32,048 nucleotides of DNA from Octopus bimaculoides (Eukaryota), in the NCBI RefSeq assembly GCF_001194135.2, contig NC_068990.1, forward strand, positions 25,625,733-25,657,780, written 5' to 3'. Positions 10,625 to 22,375 of the stretch are shown here, in pieces. Numbering within the stretch: the stretch's first letter is position 1; each line of letters begins with the position of its first letter. The notes beneath the pieces were generated by a model that saw only the letters and a list, made by a program, of their open reading frames with translations, ran no database searches and had not been told where the DNA came from. A program made the position numbers and the translations under genes.

Positions 10625-10950
10625 GATGCCACATAAAAAGCACTGGTGATGGTGCCACAAAAAAACCTCTGGTGACAGTGCCATGTAAAAAAATATTGGT
10701 GTTTGTGTCATGTTTAAAAGCATTGGTGCTAGTGTCACATAAAAAACACTGGGGCTAATGCCACATAAAAAAAATCACCCAGTACACTCTGTAAAGTAGT
10801 TTGCATCAGGAAGAGCATCCAGCTGTAGAAACTGTGCCAAAATAGACAATGGAACCTGGTGTGGCCCCCCCAGCTTTGCCAGTTCCTGTCAAACCATCCA
10901 ACCCATGCCAGCATGGAAAACAGATGTTAAATGATGATGATGATGAATGA
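10625..10950 (+). mobile_element. RTE LINE tail copy with short tandem units
   Basis: About five tggtg..tgccacataaaaaa units followed by the shared tail and (GAT)n. Confidence 0.8.
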
Positions 10951-11489
10951 TGTGTGTGTGTGTGTGTGTGTGTGTTTGTTTATGTGAGAGATTTCATATT
11001 TCTCCTTGGCATTTGTTTGTTGATAGTAAACAAACACACAGCTGTTTCACTATCAAACACAAGTGCTGTTGTATGCCTGCAGTCAACTAGGAAAGCAGAT
11101 CTGGGCTTTGTGACATGTCTGAACAAGTTGTGCATCCAGCCATAGAAAATCTGCCTTGACAAATTCCGTCTGATCCATGCAAGCATAGAAAAGAGGACTT
11201 TAAAATGCTGATGTATATGTGAGTGAGTGAGTGAGTGTATGTCTTACTGTCTCGACATTGTGTGATAGTTATAATGTGCTATCATCATGCAAGCAGAGCT
11301 ATTTGTTTCCAACATTCGGTGAAAATGTATCTGAGTATGGGAAAATATTACCTCGCTTGAAAACAGGTCAGGGTTGATGACAGGAAAGGCATCCAGCTGT
11401 AGAAAAATCTACCTCAACGAATTCCATCCAACCAATGTAAACAGGGAAAAGTGGATATAAAAACGAGGCGGAAGGTGTATATTACTTAC

Positions 11490-11727
11490 CTTTGTTTTTG
11501 TCAACTCGAATAACAACAACACATTCACTTCGGCCAACACGGATAAGTTTATTAATTGATCGGATACGTCGTCGGGATAATTCACTGAGCAGGATCATTC
11601 CTTCAATGTCATTATATTCTAATAGATGTACATAGGCCCCCATTTCAGCAATGGAACGCACGTTCACCATTACCACATCATCCACTTCAGGATATTTTTG
11701 CTTATAATACCGGCACAGCAATCCCAT
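11490..11727 (-). CDS. EIF2S1: eIF2-alpha, coding exon 1 (S1 domain, Ser51 phosphorylation loop)
   Basis: Translates [80 protein letters not shown], near-identical to the animal eIF2-alpha N-terminus. Ser51 is codon TCC at 11577-11575. Donor AAG|GTAAGT at 11489; long polypyrimidine tract and AG upstream of the ATG. Confidence 0.99.
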
Positions 11728-12299
11728 TTTGCTAATTAACTAGAAACAAGAAGTAAAAGGAAAAAAAAAAAAGAAAAAAAAGGATTATTAACAATGGTGA
11801 ATCGGAGAATATAGAAAAGAAAGAAAACTATGCATCTCAAGAATATGGTGATTGAAAATGAAAAAAATCTTCATGTGGTGCATGTGTGTGTGCTAGGAAT
11901 TGTCTTTATATATAAAGACATCTTTCATACTACAACGGCTGAATAGCAATAGAGTGTAGTTTATGTGTATTTTACAGAGAATTGTAGTTGCAGAAACACA
12001 TTTCTTGTTACCTAAACTCAAAACATAAAAGGATAATAAAGAATATCATAATGATATCAGTTCAACACTTTTAATAATAATAATCCTTTCTACTATAGGC
12101 ACAAAGCCTGGAATTTTGGTGGAGGGGACTAATCGATTACATCGACACCAGTGTGTAACTGGTACTTATTTTCATCAACCTCTGAAGGGATGAATGGCAA
12201 AGTCGACCTTGGTGGAATTTGAACTCAGGACATAAAGCTGGATGAAATGTCACTAAGTATTTTGTCCAGCACAGTAATAATTCTGCCAGCTCAATGTCT

Positions 12300-12440
12300 T
12301 ATCGAAAAATACCTTAGGAATGAGAACCCAGGTTCAAAATTTCCCCAAGCCACCTGATGAAGGCTGGAGGGTATATCAGCCGAACCATTGTGTTAAAAAC
12401 AAACAAAATGAGGACAAATATCCGTCAAATGTAAATAATA
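12300..12440 (+). mobile_element. 5'-truncated PLE terminal module with hammerhead motif
   Basis: CTGATGA at 12354-12360, stem II GGCTG/CAGCC, then GAACC ATT GTGTT; no tRNA-like head. Confidence 0.8.
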
Positions 12441-12690
12441 AAACTGAACAGATGTTGTATAAGTCTAAGGCTGACCTATTCACAAACAAAGAAATTTGGC
12501 AAGTGGAAACTGTGCGAAAGCCTCTCATTTGTGCATTTGTATCATTTTTATGATCACTTTTCCTTGCTGGCATGGGTTAGACAGGAATGGGTTGGGGGTG
12601 ATGTTTAAATGTTTTACAGCTTAGATATCCTCCATGATACTAACTCTTTTTAGTTCCTTGTATATCTATTTTAAAGACCAAAATATAGTG

Positions 12691-12722
<32 letters not shown>

Positions 12723-13164
12723 AATGTTTATATATACATTTAATGTGTACACACACACAAGCGCGCACATATATATTAGACATACTGGCTGAAGATTATA
12801 AACATCAGTGGGAAAACCAGTATGTTGAGCAAAAAATACCTTGTGGTATTTAATCTGTCCAAGTGGCAATAACATTCCCTAGTCACTCTTACTATAAAAA
12901 ACACAGTGACGCGGGAATTGGTCCATTGGGAATCTACCAAATGATGTTGCAGTTCATAAGATGCATGGTGTATGGAAGCTCCTGCTCTTTGACAAAGACA
13001 CTTTCCATGCTGTATGCCACTGAGAACTAGCAGTTAAATATCAATAGTACTTTGTGTTACCATGGAAAAATGGATTTAAAGTAGAAAATTATACATTTAC
13101 AAGGTTTTTGTGGAAATCTGGAGAGGAAGCGAAAAAAGCATGAGATGTTTAGAATTGCCATTTG

Positions 13165-13350
13165 TGTGTCTGGTACTGGTGCCACATAAAAAAAAAACAA
13201 TACATTCTGTAAAGTGGTTGGCATTAGGAGGGGCATCCAGCTGTAGAAACTCGACCAAAACAATGGAACTTGGAGCAGCTTCCAGCCTTGCTAGGTCCTG
13301 TCAAACTGTCCAACCCATGCCAGCATGGAAAACAGATCTTGATGATGATG
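13165..13350 (+). mobile_element. RTE LINE tail copy
   Basis: Shared tail ending in gatgatgatg. Confidence 0.8.
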
Positions 13351-14309
13351 TAAAGACAGACGAAATACTAGGCATTTCGCCTGGCATGCTAACATTTCTG
13401 CCAGCTCGCTGCCTTGACATGCTAACACTTCTTTTCTACTCTAGGAACAAGGTCTGAAATTTTGGGGGAGGGGCAGGCAAGTTGATTAGACTGATCCCAG
13501 TACACAACTGGTATTTAATTTATCGACCCCCGAAAGGATTAAAGGCAAAGTCGACCTCAGTGGAATATGAACTCAGAATGTAGAGACAGACGAAATACCA
13601 CTAAGCATTTCACCTGGCATGCTAACATTACAGTCAGCTCGCTGCCTTGTTTTCACTAAAATATTGATTTCTTTATGCAGACACAACATTATTGTAAATT
13701 CAAAGAGAAGAAAGAATATAATATGGAGAATGTTTAAGCTATCCTCAGTGTTATCCCAAAGAAACAACCCAACAGTAAACACAACGGTTGGTAATCTTCC
13801 CTCAAATAACATGCTACCAGCTTCACCTCTGCTATCATACATCACTTGTCTTGCCACAGAAATTTACATTCCAGTAAGGAACAAAGAAAAGGTAATTTGA
13901 ACGATGCTTTTCGTACCAACACACCTGAGGCCACTGCTATGTCTAAATTACAAAACCTCTCGTTTTAATTCCTTTCACTGCCCTATTTCTGTTGGAATAT
14001 ACTGTCTTTGTTTCAATTAATTTTGAAAATAATGAAGAGGTTAGTAACATAATTTTGTCATTATTAAGCTGGTGTTTGGAAAGTAAATTAGCATGAAATT
14101 TTAGTGAGAGGTTTTTAATTTAAAACACTTTAAAACAAAGAATTGCTATCATAGAACAAGGGTCAGGATCAAAAAAAGATTAAAGAATTCATAATTTAAC
14201 TTCATTATTTTCAAGGCAGCAAGCTAGCAGAATCATTACCACACCGGCTGAAATGCTGAGCAGCATTTCGTCAGACTACATATTCTGAGTTCAAATTCTT
14301 ATTTCTTTA

Positions 14310-14525
14310 TTGCCCACAAGGGGCTAAACATAGAGGCGACAAACAAGGACAGACAAAGGGATTAAGTCAATTATATTGACCCCAGTGCGCAACTGGTACT
14401 TATTTAATCGACCCCAAAAGGATGAAAGGCAAAGTCGACCTAGGCGGAATTTGAACTCAGAACATAACGGCAGACAAAATACCGCTAAACATTTCGCCCA
14501 GCATGCTAACGCTTCTGCCAGCTCA
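14310..14525 (-). mobile_element. tRNA-headed SINE, family D
   Basis: B box gagttcaaattcc followed by gtcgactttgcctttcatccttttggggtcgat...aagtaccag. Further copies at about 12080-12295(-), 13350-13650(-, tandem heads), 14215-14290(+), 16365-16580(-). Confidence 0.8.
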
Positions 14526-14544
14526 CCACCTTTGTTCAAATTCG

Positions 14545-14700
14545 CCTCTGAGTTCAAATTCTGCCAAGGTCAATTTTGCCTTTCATCCTTTCAGGGGTCA
14601 ATAAGATAAGTACCAGTTAAGCACTGGGGTGGATATAACCTACTTAGCCCCTCCCCTGAACTTGCTGGCCTTGTGCCAAAATTTAATACCAATATTACAT
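14545..14700 (+). mobile_element. Family D SINE, inverted relative to the adjacent copy
   Basis: ctgagttcaaattctgccaaggtcaattttgcctttcatcctttcaggggtcaataagataagtaccag. Confidence 0.8.
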
Positions 14701-15997
14701 CATTATTTTATATAGGAACTTTCTGTGAAGTTCTGGTCCAAAACAACCAGAACAAAAAAGCTACTTTAATAAATTCTTTATTACTTTCAAAATAAATTGT
14801 TACTCATGTATTTATTTTACAAGAAAAAGGGTCAAGAGTTAATATAAAATGGGGAAAAAAGTAAAGAATACAACTGAGAGCAAATTGGCAGAAAAATCTC
14901 TAATTGTGAAAGGAGTACAATTTAATCAATCATCATCATCTTAATGACTATTTTTCCATGCTTGCTTGAGTCAAACGAGAATAAGTCAGGATTGTTTTTC
15001 TATGGCCATATGTCTTTCCTAATGCCAACCTCCTGCTTGTTTCCAAACGAAACAGACTAGAAACAAGCCTGGACTGCAAGCAAACAATGTCTGCTTGTGA
15101 GGCCATTGTTTAAAACCAGCAAACACACGCGAAGAGGAGGAAAATACTAACTCACACATGGTCACTCATATGCATGTGCACACACACACAAGCATGCATA
15201 TGTGTGTGTAGGTTTCTTTCAGTTTTTAATGGATCCACTCAAGGCTTTCATCAACACAGGGTTAAAGAAGACATGCTCAAAGTGCCACAGGGTGATATTC
15301 AACCTGAAACTACATGGGAAGTGAACTTCTTAATCACAGCCATGTTTGTGTCTATAGTAGACATTTGCCTAAGGTGGAATGCAGTAGGATTGAACCTGAG
15401 GCCACAAGAGTGGTAAGCAAACTTCTTAACCGCACAGCCATGCCTGTGCTTTTCAATCTATGACAAGAGCATTTAGCACACTAATTATTCATTTTTATTA
15501 TACACATATTAGCAGCAAATAAACAGCATGAACTTGAGGATGTGTGTGGGGGGAGGGGGAGAGAGAGAGAGAGGGAGAGAAGATAGAGTGTTTAGAAGTG
15601 TCAAGAGGACAGCTTGAAATGAAGAACAAGCGACAAAGTTGCCAGTTTATGTGGACGTTTGTCAAGAGCAACATAAGTAGAGACTTATGTAAATTACCAA
15701 AAATAGATAGTAAACAACATGATGGTCAAAAACATCTCTGTCTCAGAAGCTATAAGATTTTGAAGCGATTGTATTTAATTAATAGTTCACATAACCAGAA
15801 CAAAGCACCTACCACACACACACACAATACTGATAGCTTAATATATTGTCAACAACACTATAATCACTAGTTGACCATTTATCTTCATACTCCCTCTGTC
15901 CGCCACCACCGCTGCAGTTTCTCCTCCATTTTCTAAATTTGCTGACTCTCTACCTCTCCCAGCGAAACACAACACCTTTAATCAAAAACCTGATCTG

Positions 15998-16207
15998 TTA
16001 ACCCTTCTGCATTTAAACCAGCACATCCGACCCAAATATTCTACTATGCATTTCATGTTCAAACTGGCCAGATCCGGCCTCTCACACCTATCCTACAATG
16101 CCATTTAAAAATAACCTCAAGCTATGAGATAATGCAGGATTAATTCAAAACAATTTGAATAAATAAGCATTACATTTGACCGAGTAATCTACGTGTAAAA
16201 GGGTTAA
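15998..16207. mobile_element. TTAA-flanked piggyBac-like MITE
   Basis: TTAA|CCCTT...AAGGG|TTAA. Confidence 0.75.
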
Positions 16208-16789
16208 AGATGACCTGGAGCTAAACAACACCACCCCCTGTACCCTTGCTGCCTCCTCCTTTTGTCCCTCTCCCCTGTATTTCATCATTTACACTAAACC
16301 CTAAAACACTGTCCAACCCAGCTCACTGTGTTTTTCTGAAACTCCTTTATTGTCCATTATCTCCAATTATTGGTTTGAAATTTTGGTACAAGGCCAGCAA
16401 TTTCAAGAGGAGAGAAGTTGATTACATCGACCCCAGCACTCAACTGGTACTTATTTTATCAAGCCTGAAAGGACGAACGGCAAAGTCAACCTCGCCAGAA
16501 TTTGAACTCAGAATGCAGAGATGGATGAAATGCCGTGAAGTATTATGCCCAGTATGCTGACGATTCGGTCAGCTTGCCACCTCATTTTCTCCAGTTATTC
16601 ATCAGCAGTAATTTAAACTGAATATATAATTGCACTCATTAACCCCATCAAGTTGTTTCTGTATTTCTACCAAAGAGAGCAATGTTCTCTTCTCCTCCTC
16701 CTCCACCTCTGCATCAAACAGACCAATTAAAAAATGAAAATGCATGTGATGACCTTCTCAACTACATTTAATAGACAGACACTTCTATA

Positions 16790-17175
16790 CGAGGTCTGAT
16801 TAAAAAGTACCGGGAGTGGTGCTTTAAAAATAAAACTGCAACACATGTCAATTTGGCATTTAACCTCCTTTGAAGAAGTCCCCTTCTGAAGCCACACACT
16901 TTATCCAGCATTGTTTCCACTGAGGAAAGCATTCCTGGGACTCCTTTTTGAGAAAAGCAAGCAACAGCCTCATTGGATTCTCTTGGATTTCCTCAAAGTC
17001 TTGAAATGTTGTTCCTTTCAAGTGGGATTTGAATTTTGCCTTGGTTTCAGAGTCATAGTCATGGACCCATGAGTCATCGCCTGTTCTGAATGTTTTCAAA
17101 AAGTTTTCATCTTCCTCGACACCATCAAGGAGATCCTGTATGGTTGAAACCCAATTTCTTTTTGAGAAGACCACA
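16790..17175 (-). mobile_element. Internally deleted mariner 3' fragment with TIR
   Basis: DENFLKTFRTGDDSWVHDYDSETK (TGDESW-type motif) fused to the C-terminal HLKGTTFQDFEEIQ...QWKQCWIKCVASEGDFFKG*. TA|CGAGGTCTGATTAAAAAGTACCGG terminus. Confidence 0.88.
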
Positions 17176-17364
17176 CTCTACACAAGGTTCCTAGTTTGAG
17201 GACCAAATGCCAGGACTAGTACTACCAGCAATGCTGTTCATATAGCTTTGTGTTATTTAACACTGTACATTGATAAGCGATATTATCCCTGGATGAATAA
17301 CACAGTTAATTAGGCTTTCCAAGATAAATCTGCATTAAGTATAATACACAGATGGCTATTTTAA

Positions 17365-18175
17365 ACTAATACTACATCTACAGTTCTATATTTAAGAGAT
17401 GAGGAATTATTTACATTTGATGGATATTTGTCATCTTTGTTGTTAACATGTTTTGGCTGATATACTCTCCAGCCTTCATCAAGTGTCTTGGGAAATTTCG
17501 AACCTGGGTTCTCATTCCTAAGGTATTTTTCGATGTCATTATTATTATTCAGGTCACTGCCTGGAATCGAACTTGGAATCTTGGGGTTAGCAGCCCGCAC
17601 TCTTAACCAATAAGCCATATGCCTGTGGGCAATTATGGAGTGAATTTTAGGACTTATAAATCTAATATTTTCCTATCCTTCCTTAATACCTGTTCCCATA
17701 TGCTATTCATATCTGCACTTGGTCTGCTTAGGAGGTTGTGTCCTAGCATATGTGCTGCTTCTTTTAGTTTTCGTATTTTCCAGTGGTGTTCTCTGTCTAT
17801 TATTTTAACTTCCTCCCACAGGCGGAGGTGGCCTCCATTTTTCCATCTCCTCGTGTCACAGCTTTGTGATGTTCCTCTACCCTTATTTTGAGGGGGTGGC
17901 ATGTTTCGCCTTTGTATAACCTACCACAGCTGCATGGGATGGAGTACAGGCGTTTTTTGGTCATATTCTCTTCTATTGATGGTTTTACTCGAAGGAGATA
18001 TTTGCGAAGTGCATTACTCTTGAAAACTGTCCTGATGTAATATGGGCCGCATATCTTTTGTATCTTTTCAGAGAGAAATAATACTACTTCTGTTGCACAT
18101 AAATTTGTATTCAGTAGACCAGCTAACTGCAACATCAGTGATTTTTCAATCACTGTCTTCTTATATCAGTGATAA
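17365..18175 (-). mobile_element. Penelope-like element 3' fragment: GIY-YIG endonuclease remnant plus tRNA-like/hammerhead terminal region
   Basis: Frames read ...LSEKIQKICGPYYIRTVFKS...LYSIPCSCGRLYKGETCHPLKIRVEEH and, after a frameshift, WEEVKIIDREHHWKIRKLKEAAHML...; this is the PLE GIY-YIG pattern (Y.IPC.CG..Y.GET...L..R..EH). Stop at 17654. Confidence 0.85.
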
Positions 18176-20761
18176 CAGATCCTGTTTTAGTATGCAGTTT
18201 CTAATGGGTGCATGCTGCTGACAAGGCCCAAAGAGGCAGAAATGCACATGCAGCCATACCCCTGTCAAATGATCTTCTTCTGCTACTTCAATATATTTCA
18301 ATGTTGTGTAATACTGTACATCTATAAGCAATACCTCAGTTAATATGGCTTTCCAAGATGTATCTGCATGAAGCATGATGCATATGATGGGCTACTTTCA
18401 GTTTCTGCCAACCAAATGCACTCACAAGGTTTTGGTCAGCCTGGAGCTATTGTAGAAGACACTTGCTCAAGGTGCAGTGCAGTGGGATTGAACCCATAAG
18501 TGGTTTTTTAACATTCACATCTAAACCATGATGTTATTTACACAATCACACTCCCTCTGAAAGGTCCTGCAGATTTAAGCACTTTTTAATGCTTAAAAAC
18601 CAGATGGTAATTGTTCCAATTGAGTGCACAACAACATAGAAAGGATCAAGAGTGGTTCTTAATAGTTTTTGCCTGGTTGAATGTGATTTAATTAATGTGG
18701 CCAGCAGAGGAAAATCTGTCACTGACAAAGATTACAAAATGTTTGATAATGAAGTAGGTCAGTACACTAGCATATGTTTATATATTTATACAACCAGGGA
18801 TTGTGCAGGTGACAAATTATACAAGTACATCAAAATATTTTTGTTTGGTGCTTAGTACTTCAAAGGATTGGTTCAATTACAAGGAGTGGGGGCAGGGCAC
18901 AAGAGACTCCTTCCCTCCTTCAACAATCATCATCATCACTGTTTTAGCATCCACTTTTCCATACCTCCATGGTTCAGACAGAATTTGTTGAACTAGATTT
19001 TCTACAGCTGGATACCCTTCCTGTTTCCAAGTAAGGTAATGTCCCCGTTTGACCAGACATGCTTTCAACAGAGGATCAGAAATGAAGGACACTAACTTGC
19101 ATGGTGGTGACTCAATTTGCAACAACAACAACCCAATGTCAAGGCAAAGAGACATTAACACACTCGCATACACAACCAGTTTCTTTCGGTTCACATCTAC
19201 CAAATTCACTCACGAGGTTTCGGCTGGCCTAGGACTATAATAGAAGGCACTAGCCTAAAGTCCCACACAGTGGAAATAAACCTGATATCATGGAACTGGG
19301 AAGCAAACTTCTTACTACACAACTATACCTGCACCCATACACATACATACAATTCAGATTTACAGGAAACAAAAGACAGGTGAAGGAACAAGCAGGTGTA
19401 TTAGGTTAACAAGTGTTTTAGTGCAAGAAGGCCTTCATTGTTCGGGAAGGAAGTATTTTAGTGCACATATATATATCACATATATTTATATATATGTGAT
19501 AGGTTTCTTTCAGTTTCTGCCTACCAAATCCACTCGCAAGGCTTTGCTCAGCCTGAGGCTATAGCAGAAGACACTTGCCCAAGGTGCCACACAGTGGGAC
19601 TGAACCTGGAACCATGTGGTTGGGAAGCAAGCTTCTTACCACACAGCCACTCATTATATATATACTAGATTGTGTACCCAGTAATTCCTGGGGGTAAAGA
19701 CGGTCTATTGAAATGCCTTATTACTCTGATATAAAAAAGCAATTTTGTTAAAACTGCCACAAAAGGCGTATTTTTCGTCACGAAAAAGTACAAAAAACTG
19801 TCAGCTGGAAGAGGGAGAGATTGCTGGAAGTTGGCGAGAGAGGTTGTCAGAGAGATTGTCGGAGGTTGCATACATAGGTTGTCAGAGGTTGTTGAGAGAG
19901 GTTTTCGAAGGTTGGCGAGAGAGGTTGTCGTTCACAGAAAAACTATTGTTTTACCATGAGAAAAGCGCTGTTGAAGTGTTAAGTGAAATTTGGCAATCGA
20001 GGATCGAATCCATGCCATGCCTGCATGAAGCCACTACAAATACGTTATGGAAAAAAAAAAATTATCTACTGTCATGGAGAAAGTGTAACTGGAAAAATAC
20101 AGAATTATTGGAGTAATGGACATTCAAAAAAGTATGTATGAACGAAAAGACATTTGACAAAGTGACACTAGATGAAAAGACATAGCACCCTATTTTACTC
20201 AGATTGACCCCCATAGCCATTCGATGCTAAAAAAAATCCTATCATATCTTTATAATCAAATACTAGGAATTGTATAAAAAAAACTGATAAAATATTTTGT
20301 GAATTAACTCTTTAACTAGTTTCAGCTTCAAAGCTGTAGCTGGGGCACAACAGATTTATTGCAGATAAATTTTGATGACAAAATCTTATATGGATGCCTA
20401 AGGGTGTGATGTGGCCCCTGGTTGAAAACCACTGATCTAACTTATGAAAGCATGGAAAGATGGGCTTTAAATGATGATGAAGATGATGACATATCTTTGT
20501 GTGTGTGTATTTTGTTTTGTAATGTAAACAAAATTTGATGTAAACAATTGTGTAGCCACCTTGGATTTATCAAATGTGGTTATAGTGAGCATGAGAGTGT
20601 TAAATACCAACATTAATCTCTAATACATAAGTCAGAGATAATCTTGTTGTGGACTGATTATCATAAATATGATAGAAAGGAAGACAGGTATTAACAAGTA
20701 ACAAGTAATGGAGCTGAGCTGAGATGAGAGGCACATGGAACAACAACAACCACCAAAGAAT

Positions 20762-21135
20762 ATCTTTTTATCTTTCACTTGTTTCAGTCACTAGACTGTG
20801 GCCATGCTGGGGCACTATCTTGAATCTTTTTAGTAGAATGAATCAACCTTAGTACTTTTTCTTAAAGCCTGACATTTATTCTATCGGTCTTTTTTGCTGA
20901 ACTGCTAAGTTACACAGACATAAACACCCCAACACTGGTTGTCAAGCAGTAATGGGAGCCAAACACAGACACACAATGGGCTTCTTTCAGTTTCCATCTA
21001 CCAAATCCACTCACAAGACTTTGGTTGGCCTGATGCTATAGTAGAAGACACTTGCCCAAGGTGCCACACAGTGGGACTGAACACAGGACCATGTATTTAG
21101 GAAGCAAACTTCTTACCACACAGCCACACCTGCAC
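20762..21135 (-). mobile_element. Family B SINE, near full length
   Basis: Colinear with 2120-2480. Confidence 0.8.
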
Positions 21136-21889
21136 CTATGCATTCAGGAATAAAAAAGAAAAAAGCAAACCAAATGTATTGAATGTTTCCATGGCAACAT
21201 GTCTGGTGCAATTTTTCAGATGAGATTATTAAATGTCTAGGAGTAGCAGTAGTTGCTAATTATGTAAATTTCAAGTGTAGTAGTCGCTAATTAGATCAAT
21301 TTTCAAAGTGTTAACTTTAAAAATGAACATTTTTTTTTTTTCCTATCAAAGCACAGATATGGCAGTGTACTTGAGACATTTGCTTTGCAACCACATGGTT
21401 TCAAGTTTAATCCCACTGGGCAAGTATTTTCTATTATAACCCCAGGCTAAGCAAAGCCTTGAGTGGATTTGGTAGATGAAAACAAAAAGGACCAGTGTGT
21501 GTGTACTCATTTTGATCAAGTCAGTCTTATTATTTTCAGGTTTTGCCTGTGGTCATCAGGCAAGTCATGACGAACACAGGTGAAATTCCAGAATAGCACT
21601 CACTTCCCCTTCAAAACTGTACAGAACAAGAGATCTTTTACTTGAAACACAGATAAAGGGTTAGCAACAGGAAAGGTTCTGGCCAGGAAACAAGGTCTCG
21701 ATATTATTTATCTTAACATACGCAAACATGGAAAACACAGAAATTCTGTTTATGTGTGTGTATGTGTGTGTGTGATTTAATGAATGCAATATTTCATACA
21801 TTGTACATTAAATGATATTTATCTCTCACTGGATGGACTACATTTTTGTCTCTATCTACATCAGAAAAATAAACTATCAAAATTGCTGA

Positions 21890-22375
21890 CGTGGCCGATG
21901 ACAGTACCGCCTGATTGGCACTCATGCCAGTGGAAAGTTAAAAGTACATCCGAGCGTGATCGTTGCCAGGGCCGCGGATTGGCTCCCGTGCCGGTGACAT
22001 GTAAAAAGTACCATTCAAGTGAGATCATTGCCAGCGTCGCCTTACCAGCACGTGTGCCGGTAGCATGTGAAAAACAACATTCAAGTATGGTCGTTGCCAG
22101 TGCCACTGGACTGGCTCCTGTGCAGGTAGCACGTAAAAAACACCTTTTGAGCATGGTCGTTGCCAGTACTGCCTAGCTGGCCCTTGTGCTGGTGGCATGT
22201 AAAAGCACCCACTACACTCTCGGAGTGGTTGGCGTTAGGAATGGCATCCAGCTGTAGAAACTTTGTCAGATCAGATTGAGCCTGGTGCAGCCTCCAGCTC
22301 ACCAGTCCTGTCAAACCGCCCAACCCATGCCAGCATGGAAACTGGACATTAAACGACAACGATGAAGATGATGAC
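21890..22375 (+). mobile_element. RTE LINE 3' UTR with about five ~66-bp tandem units plus tail
   Basis: Recurring gccag...gtgccggt.gcatgtaaaaa..acc.ttc.ag..tg.tcgtt units, then the shared tail. Confidence 0.85.

Noticed and set aside
21890-22200. CRISPR-like repeat-spacer array
   Set aside because: The units are diverged end-to-end tandem copies without unique spacers, lie in a LINE 3' UTR in a eukaryotic intron, and have no cas genes.
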